This document shows positions 46,540-58,300 of a stretch of 64,000 nt of DNA, one piece after another. The position numbers and the translations under genes were made by a program. The stretch is from Hypanus sabinus. Its lineage: Eukaryota. The stretch's first letter is position 1. Every line of letters starts with the position of its first letter. The notes below the pieces were generated by a model. The model was not told the origin of the DNA and did not search any database. It saw nothing but the letters and a program-made list of their open reading frames with translations. Location of the stretch: the NCBI RefSeq assembly GCF_030144855.1, contig NC_082722.1, positions 1,798,001 through 1,862,000 on the forward strand, written 5' to 3'.

Positions 46540-49500
46540 ACCGACTTAAGAAGCCCCCTCCAATGTTCCCTTTAAAGTTTTTTCCCTTCACATTTAAACC
46601 ATGTCCTCTGTTTATCTTTCTCCCCTAACCTCAGTGGAAAAAGCCTGCTTGCATTTATTCTATCTATACCCATTATAATTCTATAGAGCTCTATCAAATC
46701 TCCCCTCATTCTTCTACGCTCCAGGGAATAAAGTCCTAACCTATTCAACCTTTCTCTGTAACTCAGTTTCTCAAGTCCCGGCAACATCCTTGTAAACCTT
46801 CCCATCACTCTTTCAGCCTTATTAATATCCTTCCTGTAATTAGGTGACTAAAACTGTACACGATACTCCAAATTCGGTCTCACCAATGTCTTATACAACC
46901 TCACCATTACATTCCAACTCTTATACTCAATACTTTGATTTATAAAGGCCAACGTACCAAAAGCTCGCTTTTCGACCCTATCCACCTGTGATGCCACCTT
47001 TAGGGAATTATGTATCTGTACTCCAAGATCCCTCTGTTCTTCTGAACTCCCGAGTGTCCTACCATTTACCTTATACGTTCTACCTTGGTTTGTCCTTCCA
47101 AAGTGCAATACCTCACACTTGTCCACATTACACTCCATCTGCCATTTCTCAGCCCATTTCTCCAACTGGTCCAAACCCCTCTGCAAACTTTGAAAACCTT
47201 CTTCACTGTCCACTACACCTCCAATCTTTGTATCATCAGCAAATTTGCTGATACAATTTGCCATATTATCATCCAGATCATTGATATAGATGACAAATAA
47301 CAATGGACCCAGCACTGATCCCTGTGGCACACCACTAGTCACAGGTCTCCACTCAGAGTAACAAACCTCCACTACCACTCTCTGGCTTCTCTCCATGTAT
47401 ACCTAGCGACTGAATCTTCCTAAATAGCCTCCATTGCGGGACCTCGTCAAAGGCCTTACTAAAGTCCATATATACAACATCCACTACCTTCCCTTCATCC
47501 ACTTTCCGGGTAACTTCCTCGAAAAACTCTACTTGATTGCTTAAACATGACCTACCACGCACAAAGCCATGTTGACTTTTTCTAATAAGTCCCTGTCTAT
47601 CCAAATACTTGTAGATCCTATCCTTCCAATAATTTACCTACTACTGATGTCAAACTTACTGGCCTATAATTTCTCGGCTTACTTTTTGAGCCTTTATTAA
47701 ACAACAGAACTACATAAGCTATCCTCCAATCCTCTGGCACCTGACCCGTGGATATCGACATTTTAAATATTTCTGCCAGGGCCCCTGCAATTTCAACACT
47801 AGTCTCCTTCAAGGTCCGACGGAATACCCTGTCAGGTCCTGGGGATTTATCTACTCTGATTTGCCTCAAGACAGCAAGCACCTCCTCCTCCTTAATCTGT
47901 TTAAGTTCCATAACCTCCCTACTTGTTGCCTTGTTTCCAAAGACTCCATTTCAGTTTCCTTATTAAATACAGATGCAGAGAACCCATTTAATATATCTTC
48001 CATTTCTTTTAGCTCCATACATAGCTGACCACTCTGATTTTCAAAAGGACCAATTTTATCCCTTACTATCTTTTTGCTCTTAATATACCTGTAGAAACTC
48101 TTGGGATTATCCTTCGCCTTGACTGCCAAAGCTTCCTCATGTCTTCTTTTAGCCCTCCTGATTTCTTTCTTAAGTATTTATTTTGCACTTTTTATACTCC
48201 TCAACCTCCTTATATGCTCCCTATTGCCTATACATGTCATACATCTCTCTCTTCTTCTTTATCAGAGTTCTAATATCCCTCGAGAACCAAGGTTCCTTAT
48301 TCTTATTTGTTTTGCCTTTAACCCTGACAGGAACATACAAACTCTGCACTCTCAAAATTTCTCCTTTGAAGTCCTTCCATTTACCAATCACATCTTTCCC
48401 AGAGAACAACCTGACCCAATCTACGCTTTTTAGATCCTTTCTCATTTCTTCAAATTTGGCCTTTTGCCAGTTTAGTACTTCAACTCGAGTACCAGATCTA
48501 TCTTTATCCATGATCAAGTTTAAACTGATGGTGTTATGATCACTGGAACCAAAGTGTTCCCCTACACGCACTTCCATCACCTGCCCTAACTCTTTTCCTA
48601 ATAGGAGATCTAATATTGCATCCTCCCTTTTGGTACATCTATATATTGATTTAGAAAACTTTCCTGAACACATTTCACAAACTCTAACCCATCTAAATCT
48701 TTAACAATATGGGAGTCCCAATCAATGTGTGGAAAATTAAAATCCCCAACAATCACAACTTTCTGTCTCCTGCAGTTGTCTGTTATCTCTCTGCCGATTT
48801 GCTCCTTCAATTCTCGCTGACTATTGGGTGGTCTATAATACAACCCTGTTAATATGGACATACCTTTCCTGTTTCTCAACTCCACTCATATAGCCTCAGT
48901 AGACAAGCCCTCTAAATGTTTCCTGCCGAAGCACCGCTGTAATATTTTCCCTGACTAGCGAAGCCACCCCCCACCCCCCCCCCCCCCACCCTTCAGCCCT
49001 CTGCCTCTATCACATCTGAAACATCGGAACCCTGGAACATTGGGCTGCCAGTCCTGCCACTCCTAAAGCTAAGTTTCAGTAATGGCTATGATGTCATAAT
49101 TCCATGTGTCAATCCAGGCCCTCAGCTCATCTGCCTTTCCCACAATTCTCCTCGCATTGAAATATACACACCTCAGAAGATTATTAACACCACGCACAAC
49201 CTTACTATTTGTGACTTTGCATGAATTACTAACATCATTTATTTTTACCCCCATTCCACTATCTACTCTGGCACTCTGGTTCCGATCCCCCTGCATACCT
49301 AGTTTAAACCCTCCCTAATAACACTAGCAAACCTCCCTGCAAGATATTGGTCCCCTTGTAGTTCAGGTGCAACCCGTCTCTCTTGTACAGGTCCCACCTG
49401 CCCCAGAAGAGGTCCCAATGATCTAGAAATATGAAACCCTGCCCCCTACACCAGTTTCTCAGCCATGTGTTCATCTGCCAGAACATCCTACTCTTACCCT

Positions 49501-49960
49501 CACTGGCACGTGGCACAGGCAGCAATCCAGAGATTACTACCCTCGAGGTCCTGTTTTTCAACTTCCTGCCAAGCTCTCTGTACTCACTCTTCAGGACCTC
49601 CTGACTCTTTCTACCTATGTCATTGGTACCGATGCGTACCACGACATCCGGCTGATCTCTCTCCCACTTCAGAATACTGTGTACGTGATCAGAGACATCC
49701 CTGACCCTGGCACCTGGGAGGCAACAAATCATCCGGGAGTCTCTGTCACGACCACAGGATCTCCTGTCTGCACCTCTAACTATCGAGTCCCCTTTCACTA
49801 CCACTCTCCTCTTCTTCCTCCCTCCCTTCTGCACCGCAGAACCAGACTCAGTGCCAGAGATCCAGCTGCCGCAGCTTGTCCCAGGTAAGCCATCCAAATT
49901 GGTATACCTGTTTTGGAGGGCAATAGCCACAAGGGAACCTTGCACTACCTGCCCTTTTCC
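46540..49960 (-). mobile_element. CR1 LINE (ORF1 esterase, APE, RT), internally deleted
   Basis: Minus ORFs 49304-49945 (GDS..GTND..DGLH), 49069-49296 (YFNARRIVGK..IAITET), 47618-47911 (KSPGPD..NYRPVSLTSVVGKLLE) and 46848-47396 (SGVPQGSVLGP..KFADDT). Confidence 0.92.
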
Positions 49961-49989
49961 CTTCCCTCGCCTGATGGTAACATGAATGA

Positions 49990-52900
49990 CAACATATCCC
50001 TACTGAGATATCAGGCCAAAAATGCAGTCAGCACTCAGGGCAACCTGACTAATATCTTGTAAAGGCCCAGAATTATCTTCTTGTTTTTATATTCTATTCC
50101 CCTTGAAATAAACACAAACATTGCAATTATCGTCTTTACCACAGATTCAACGTGTAAAATTACCTTCTGGGAGTCTCACACAAGATCTCCTAAGTCCTTC
50201 CGCCCCTCCAATGTGTAAACCTTGCCCCATTTATATAATAGTCCACACTACTGTTTCTTTTACCAAAATGCATTATCATACATTTTTCAACAATGTATTC
50301 CATCTGACGTTTCTGCCCATTCTTCTAACGTGTCTAAGTCTCGCTGCAATCGCATTGCTTCCTCAGCATTACCTAACCCTCCATCCATCTTCGTATCATT
50401 TGAAACCTGCCACAAAGCCATCAATTCAATTATCCAGATTATTGACCAGTTTTGTGAAAAGTAGTGGTCCCAATACAAACCTTTGAGGAAAACAAGAAAA
50501 GGCCCCTTTTATTTCCACTCCTGCCTCCTATCTCTCAGCCATTCCTTTACCAATCCGAGTATCTTTCCTGTAATGCCATGGGATCTAGTTATGTAACTTC
50601 AAGTTTGGCAAGTTATCAAATTCCTTCTGAAAATCCCAGTAAATGTCATTCATTGCCTGTCCTTTCTCCACCCTGCTCTTTATATCCTTGATGAACTCTT
50701 ACAGATTAGTCAGGTAAGATTTCCCTTTACAGAAACCATAGCAAATTTGACTTATTTTATCGTTAGTCTCCAAGTACCTCAATAGCTCATCCGTAATATT
50801 TGACTCCAAACGTTTCCCAACAACTGCGATAGAACAGACTTAAAATTCTCATTATTTTGCCTTCTCCATTCATAAGGTGTTGGGTGGCATTTACGATCTT
50901 TCAGTCCTCCGGGACCATGCCACAATCATGTGATTCTTGAAAGATCATGAGCAACGCATTCGTTATCTCTTCAGCAACCTCTCTCAGGACTCTAGGACGT
51001 ATCCACCATAAGACCTTTCAGTTTACCTCGTACATTTTAACTTTGTAATAGCAGTGACACTCACTCCTGCTGCCTGACAATCACAGCCCTCTGCGACTCT
51101 GCTAGTGTCTTCCACAGTTCAAACAGATATAAAATACTCTTTAGTTCATCTGCAATCCCTTTGCGCCCATTACTGCCTCACCAACGTCACTTTCCAGTGG
51201 CCCAATATCAATTCTCAGCTCCCTATTACCTTTACATAACCGAAAAAAAACATTTCGTATCCTGCTCTATATTAATTCTAACGTGCCCCCATATTTTAGC
51301 ATAGTATAGCATTTTATTGTATTTTGTTAGATTTTAAAAGTTTCCCAATCATCCAAGTTTCCACTCACCCTTGTTACCTTATATGCCCTTTCGTTAGGTT
51401 TTATGTAGTCCTTAACTTTCTTTGTCAGCCACGCTTATCTACATCTGCCATTTGAGAACTTCTTCCTCAGTGGGAAATGTCCATCGTGTGCTTTGTGAAC
51501 TTCAGCCACCTCTAATCTACCGTCATCCCGGCTAGTATCCTCCGGCGTACATTAAGCTCCCTAATAAGATCTGGGTTGTACCACAACAACCAATCTAGGA
51601 TGGGCTTTCCCGAGTAAGCTCAAGCACAAGCTGCTCTAAGAAGCCTTCTCGTAGGCATTCAACAAATTCCCTTCCCTGCGATTTGAGTCCAACATGATTT
51701 TCCCAATTCCTTGCATATTAACGTCCCCCATTACAAATGTGTCATTTCCCTTATTACACACCTTTTCAATCTCCCTTCACAATCTCAACTGTACATGTTA
51801 GCTACTATTTTAGGGCCTATATATTATTTCCATAATGTTTGTTTTAACCTTTATAGTCTCTTAACTCCTCCCACAAAGATTCAACAGTCTCTGATCCTAT
51901 GTCACCTCTTTCTGAAGGTGTAATTCCATCTCTTATCAACAGACCCACCCAGCGCTTATGCCTTCCTGACTGTCCTGTTGATGTAAATTATATCCTCTGA
52001 TGCTAAGCTCCCAACTATGGCCTTCATTCAGCCATGACTCAGTGATGCCCGCAATTTTATACTGACCAATCACCAAGTGCGCCACAGTGTTAGTGTCCGG
52101 TCCAGAGCCCGCCTTCCGGGTCTTGCTCCAGTCTGCAGACACTGGACTCTGGGCCTTGCAGCCAACCCTCCAGTCACCCGGAGCCATTGGATCATCTTGG
52201 CTTAAGGAGGTACACCTGTCGCCTATTAGGGGACAGGTGTTTATAACGGGCTTGGGGACCAAGCCTAGCTGGGGGGTTGTCCTGATCTGAAGCTGGTTTA
52301 ACCTGCTCTGTACCTGGTTTGTTGGCTCTGAATCTCGTTCTGCCCTGGTTGCTGGCCTGCTCTGTATCCTGTTCTGCCCAGGTTCTGACCTGCTCTGTAT
52401 TGGGTCTGTCCAGGTTTGTCTTGTTTTCCTGCTTCTCTTGTGTGTGCTGGTCCTGCTGTTCTGCTGTATTTGCCTTGCCTGTGCTGTTGCGCTGTCTGCT
52501 TGCTTCTCCCTATTTCCTTGTGTATCCTGGTTGTCCTGCTGCTCACCATGGAACCAGCTCCCTTCTGCTCCCTTACCTCTGTCAGGTAAGCCAGGTTGTC
52601 TGCTGTTGCCTGGCGGGGGGACTTAGTCCCCTTCCTACCCCTGAACCCTGATGGGTTGTGCCCCGCACCTGCCCTGGTGTCCGTGCCTTGCCCAGGCCTC
52701 CGTGTCTCTGCCTGGCAGGTGGTCCTGCCCAGGATGCGGCCTGGCCTGAGGACTCCTACCCTTTCCTCCCCTTATTCTGATGGGCTTTGTCCCACGCCTG
52801 CCTCGGTGTCCGTGCCTTGCCCAGGTCTCCGTGCTTCTGCCTGGGATCCATGCGGCCCGCCTTGAGGACTCCGACCCTTTCCACCCATTGCTCCCTACGG

Positions 52901-54300
52901 GTTGTGCCCGCACCTGCCCAGGGTTCTGCGTCTTGTCTGGGCCTCCGTGTTCTTGCCTGGGAGGCAGCCCTGTCCAGGAGTTATGCGCCCGCACAAGGGG
53001 GCTCTCCTGCCTTGCTGGAACTCTGGGATATTGCCCTGCCTCGCCAGAACTCTGGGATCCTGCCCTGCCTGCATTACCCCTTGCATGCCATGGCATCCCC
53101 ACCCTATCCTACCCCTAGTACTTCAGTGCCTGCGTCCTGCATTTGGGTCCATTCCATGTCCGCTCGTAACACACAGGTTCGTCCATATTATTCCAAATAT
53201 TATGCACATTTAAATGCAGAAACTTCAGTCCTGCATTCTTCGTCCTTTTGAATTTTGCCTTTGTGGTACAATTTAACTGTTTGCTCTGTCTGCATTTGTA
53301 CCCAATCATTGGTCTGTCCTTCCTTACATCCATGTTATGTCCATCATCTGCGTCTATACCTGCTGGATGATCCACGCCTTTATTATATCGGTTCCCATCC
53401 TACTGACTAATTAATTTAAACCACTCCCAACAGCTATAGAAAACCTGCACGTAGGAATATTGGTCCCCGTTCCATTCAAGTGCAACTCATCCATTTTATA
53501 AGATGCCACCTGTCGCAGAGAAGGTCCCAATTATCGATAAACCTGAATCTCCTGCTCCAATTGTTCAGCCACTCGTTTATCTGCCACTTCATTGTATTCA
53601 TACCCTCACTGACGCGTGGTACAGGCAGCAATCCCGGGATTACTACATTTGTTTTCCTGCCCCTCACCCTGTGTTATTTTTCTCAGCAACTCATCCTTTT
53701 TTTTTAAACCTGCGTCGTTGGCACCATCATGTACAAGGACTTCAGGCTATTCACCCTCCCGTATCAGGATATCTTTTGACGTGTCCAAAAACATCACGGA
53801 CCCTATTACCTGGGAGGCAACCTACTGTCTGTGTGTCCACAGAATCGCCTATCTGCCTTCCTGACTATAGACTCCGCTTTTACTGCTGCTACCCTTTTCA
53901 GTCCTTTAAACTTTTGACTCACAGAGCCAGAATCTGTGCCAGAGGTACTGTTGCTTCCCCCTACAACAATACTCAAAATCGAGTACTTATTGTTGAGAAG
54001 GACGACCACAAGCGTGCTGTCCGCTCTCTGACGGTCTTCCTTCCCTTTCATGATCGTCACTCATTTATCTGTCTCATGTCGCCTTGGAATGATTATCTCC
54101 GCCTAGATCCTATCTATCACTGCTTCACTTTCCCTAACTTTACTGAAGGTCATGGAGCTGCAGTTCCAGTGGCCTAACATGGTCTCTAAGGAGTTGTATT
54201 TCGATGCAACTGGCGCAGACGTGGCCACTGGCAAGGCTGGTAGTCTCCTGCAAATCGCACATCTGAGACCCAAAACAGAACACTGGCTCTGTACACATAC
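49990..54300 (-). mobile_element. Older CR1 LINE interrupted by solo LTR 3
   Basis: Minus remnants: ORF1 (53476-54060, AESIVRK..; VVIPGLLPVPR), APE IAGITESWL (~52050) continuing LHLNVHNIWN (~53210) across the LTR, and RT SNDTKMDGG..LQRDLDTLEEWA (50287-50478). Confidence 0.8.
52088..53171 (+). mobile_element. Solo LTR 3 (Gypsy-type)
   Basis: TGTTA...TAACA termini and perfect TSD CACAG (52083-52087 / 53172-53176). The 3' end AGTACTTCAGTG.CTG.GTC.TGCATT..GGTCC is shared with LTRs 1 and 2. Confidence 0.88.
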
Positions 54301-54399
54301 TTCTTATTCTGTTTAGAGTTCATTCAGAATAAGAAAATCATGGAGCCCATTGAGTTTGCAAATTTCTGCAGCTTTTTCCGATCCTACGCTGTGCCCCCT

Positions 54400-55030
54400 C
54401 AATACCAGCAGGTGATGCAATCAGGTAGAATGGTCTTCACGGTGCATCTGCACAAAATTTCGGAGTTTTTGGTGATGTACCAAGTCTGCACAAACTCCTA
54501 ATGAGATATAGCTTCTGCTATGCCTTATTTGTAGTTGCACCAAGATGTTAGTCCCAGAATACATCTTCAGAGATGTTGACACGCAAGAACTTAAACCTAT
54601 TCAATCTTTCCACTTAAATCCTTAATGATGCGTATTTGTTTCTCCAACTTCCCCTTCCTGAAGTTCACAATAAATTCCTTAGTCTTAGTGACATTAATGC
54701 AAAGTCGTTGCTGCTACACCACTGAAGAAACTGACCTCTCTCACTCCTGTCCAACTCCTTTTCACCGTCTAACAATAGCTGTGCTTAGTTTCACGGTCAT
54801 AATTGCATTACGAGACAGTACAGCTGTGGGCGAAACACGGATCTCTGATATGTGCCAGTGTTAATCGTCAGTGATAAGTATTTTCGATCCGCACTGATCT
54901 GATGAGTAAGTGAAGAGTCCTCTTGCAGAAGGAAGTGCAGAGGTGCAGGTCTTGGAACTTGTTGACTTAGCACTGAGAATATGATGTTGTATTCTGATCA
55001 GTGATCAATAAACAGCAAGCTGACGTATGT
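54400..55030 (-). mobile_element. Rex1/Babar-type LINE fragment
   Basis: Reverse complement carries an LCINVTKTKEFIVNFRK-like RT segment (~54650-54710), like 17700-17760. Confidence 0.6.
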
Positions 55031-55399
55031 ATTGTTAATGTTCAGATGATCCGATGCCAAACCAGTGATATTAGACATATTGTGGTGCTTGGCAACTTTT
55101 AGCGGGTCGAGCTCCATGCTAAGGAAGGAATTGATTCAGGCCATAACCAAACTCTTATAGCACTTCTGCAAGTTCGGTTTGAGTGCAACTGGGAGATAGT
55201 CGTTGAGCCAACTGCTATGCCCCTCTCGGGCGATCGTATGATCAGCGCCCTTTTGAAGTAGTTCACATCCTGTGACAGTAGCATTAAGAAAGATACCTCG
55301 GAACACTCCTGCCAAAGGTGATATAATTTTTTATTGAATCCACTCGAATCTAAGCGAAGTTGCTTTCAGGCGACTTACGGCTTGATCATGGAATGAGTA

Positions 55400-58300
55400 G
55401 GGGTGTGTGAGTGTGGCTCCCGATTTTCATTGAAAATCTACCTGTTTAACTTTGCAGTATGCTCGAGATAACTGAATATTTAACATTCTGAACAACCCAG
55501 GATGTTGCTGGACACTGAAATGGCAAATAAATTGCACCTTCGATGTAAAACGGGAAAAAGATATCGAAGCCCCGAGCAAGAAAACTGATGTTACGGTAAT
55601 GGTGCCGTTGCACGCTGCTGGTCCTGCGCTACCCGATGACTTGGAGAGGCTTCATTTAGTACTTTTTACTGATACGACGCAAGCGGTGCATTCTGCCCTA
55701 AAAAGAGAACATGAAGATGCGTTGTCACCAGTGAATGCTACCATGGAACAAACTATGTCTTATTATAAGTCGCACGATAAACGCATTCGTGAGGTTGAAG
55801 ATGGCCTAAGTGATTATAGCGACTGACTGGCGAGAGCCGAAGCTCCCATTGCAACGTTGCAGAACGAAAATGCATTTCTGAAGGGGAAACTAGATGACCT
55901 CGAAAATCGGTCGCGGAGATCCAATTTGAGAGTGGTCGGCATTGCTGAAAATTCGGAAGGTTCGGACCCTGTTAAATTTATGACCGAGTTTTTTGATGAA
56001 GTGCTGGGGACAAATTTCTTCCTACGACCTCTCGCACTTCTGTGTGCTCACCGAGTCGGGCCTAAACCATCCAGCGTCCCTGAAGCCAAGCAAACGAGAC
56101 CAAGAACATTCCTGGTTCTCTTTCACTTCTTTCAAGATAAGCAACGCATCCTCAATAGATGGAAGCAGAGGCTGTATTTCAGCGGGCATCGCGTGTTTTT
56201 TCATGAAGATTTTAGGGCGGAGCTGGGGAAAAAAGGCGAGCAGCTTTCAAGGAGATGATATCCCTGCTTTACGGGAAAGAAGTTAGGTTCTGCCTCTTGT
56301 ATCCTGCCCGGCTCCAGGACATCCATGAAGGTAAAAAGCATTATTTCGATACACCAGAGGCGGCCAAATGGTTTTACCACTCGCGCTGGGGAGAAGAAGA
56401 ATGAGGAGAGCAATGACTTTTTTTAGGTTATTCATGCAGCATTGAATCCATGCCGCCCCCCCCCCCCCCACCACAAGGTGAACTGTTAATTTTCGCAATT
56501 CTCTTCTTTGCTAATTTTTTCCAGTTTAATTTGTGGAACGCGATCGGGTTGAACAGCTATGCTGCGGAATCTGATTACAAAAACTTTCAACCAGCAAAAT
56601 GTAAGGATTTGGGATTTATATCTCTGGCGTTGAGTTTCCTAGTTTTTTTTATGCTTTGCTTCACCTGCGTTAACTTTAGCCTATATATATCAAAGGTAGA
56701 ATAAGTGAGTGTACAAATTTTAAGGAGGAGAGCCACCCTAGATAGATTGAAAGTTTTGGTTGTATGGGGAACGCTTTGGAAGTTTTCTGTTCGGTAATCC
56801 CTGTGATCATCCTCAGTTGGGGAGGTAGATCTAGGTTTCGGGGATTTATAGTTTTTTCTTGTTTATGTAAAGGGGTGGGGGCAGTGTTTTCGGGGATCAT
56901 CATGGTAGCTTATCCATTTCTGTTAAAGATTGGCCAGACTTTTTTTTCATTGTGTGTTATTGTGTGCAGCTTGTGCCCCCGCACTGTTTTGGATTGTGGG
57001 CCCTGTGTGTCTTTTGATATGGTTAACATGTGCGATGGTGATGGTGTCATAGTCTGGTTCAAAGTCTGCATTCTGGTTCACAGTCCGATCTGCGGACTCC
57101 GGACTCCGGGTCCTCCGGCTGCCCCTTGTTTTGGTTGGACTTAACCGTAAGCACCTGATGCTCATCTTGTTGGCTGGGAATATAAGTAGCCCTGGGATTG
57201 AGTGTGGTCTTGGGAGGGGGGGGGTCGCCTTGTCAAGGTTTCCTGGGAGAAAACGGCCGGTGGAAGGCTAGAACGGCCACGCCATCTTTAGGCCGTGTAG
57301 GAGAACCATTGCTTCCTGGAGCCTTGCTGCCAGTAGTGGGAGCTGTCACTGCGGTATGGATTCGGCCATTTCCCTGGCCAGCTGGGTGGCCGTCAGCCAC
57401 TCTGAGCTAGGATCCGGTTGTTTCCGTAGCCAGCCAAGGTTGCTGCCCATAACTGCGACTTTGAGCAACCCCGATGCAGAGATGGAACTGTCTGTCGTTC
57501 TTCGGTGTTTGTCTCTTCCTGTCCTCGCTCCGTGGGGTAAGTCAGGCCATTCTGCCACAACCCGACGGATGGACCTGCCCCAACCCGACAGATGGACCTG
57601 CCCCACCTTGGTGTAGAGTGAAAGTTGAGTCCCGGCTTGTCGAAGGCTAAGTCCCATCTCTATGTCTATCTACTGTCCAGTCTCATGTTAGTGACTTGTT
57701 TAAGATGAGTCCCGGCTTGTCGAAGGAAAAGTCCCATCTCTATGTTGATGTACAGTTCCTAGTCTGACTCCAAGCTCCAGCCTCTGAGATTTTCGAGCTC
57801 CGAGTTCTAAGAACCCAGGCCTCGTCGCGTCTTCGCTGGTTTGTGGTCTGAGCCCAAGGCAAGACCCAGGTTCTCGGTCCTTGTCCAGACTCGGGCTCGG
57901 AGTCCACGCCCAGGCTTCATGTTCCCAGTCCCTCGTCCCGGTCCTGCTTCCCTAGCCTAGTCTGCGACTTGTCCCGTCCTGTTCCTAGTACTTCAGTGTC
58001 TGTGTCTTGCATTGGGGTCCATTCCCAACCTCCCCCATATGACAGATGGAGGCCATCCTGTGAGGTTTATTTCTTGGAATATAAAGCTGTTAAAAGAGCT
58101 AAAGTTTTCTCTCAACTGAAACAATTAAAAACAGATATACTATTTCTACAAGAGGCTTATTTAACCGTGGAAGAACATAATAGACTCCATAATGCTTATA
58201 TTAGTCAGGTTTTTCATTCCAGATTTAATAACAGGTCCAGGGGGGTGGCAATATTAATCACCGAAAGAATGCAGTGTACACCATTTGATGTAATCACTGA

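Noticed and set aside
52319-53251. Several overlapping Pro/Cys/Gly-rich ORFs on both strands
   Set aside because: They come from the GC-rich, internally repeated solo LTR 3, which is low in stop codons.
53503-54177. 224-aa plus-strand ORF
   Set aside because: It is the antisense of a decayed CR1 ORF1.
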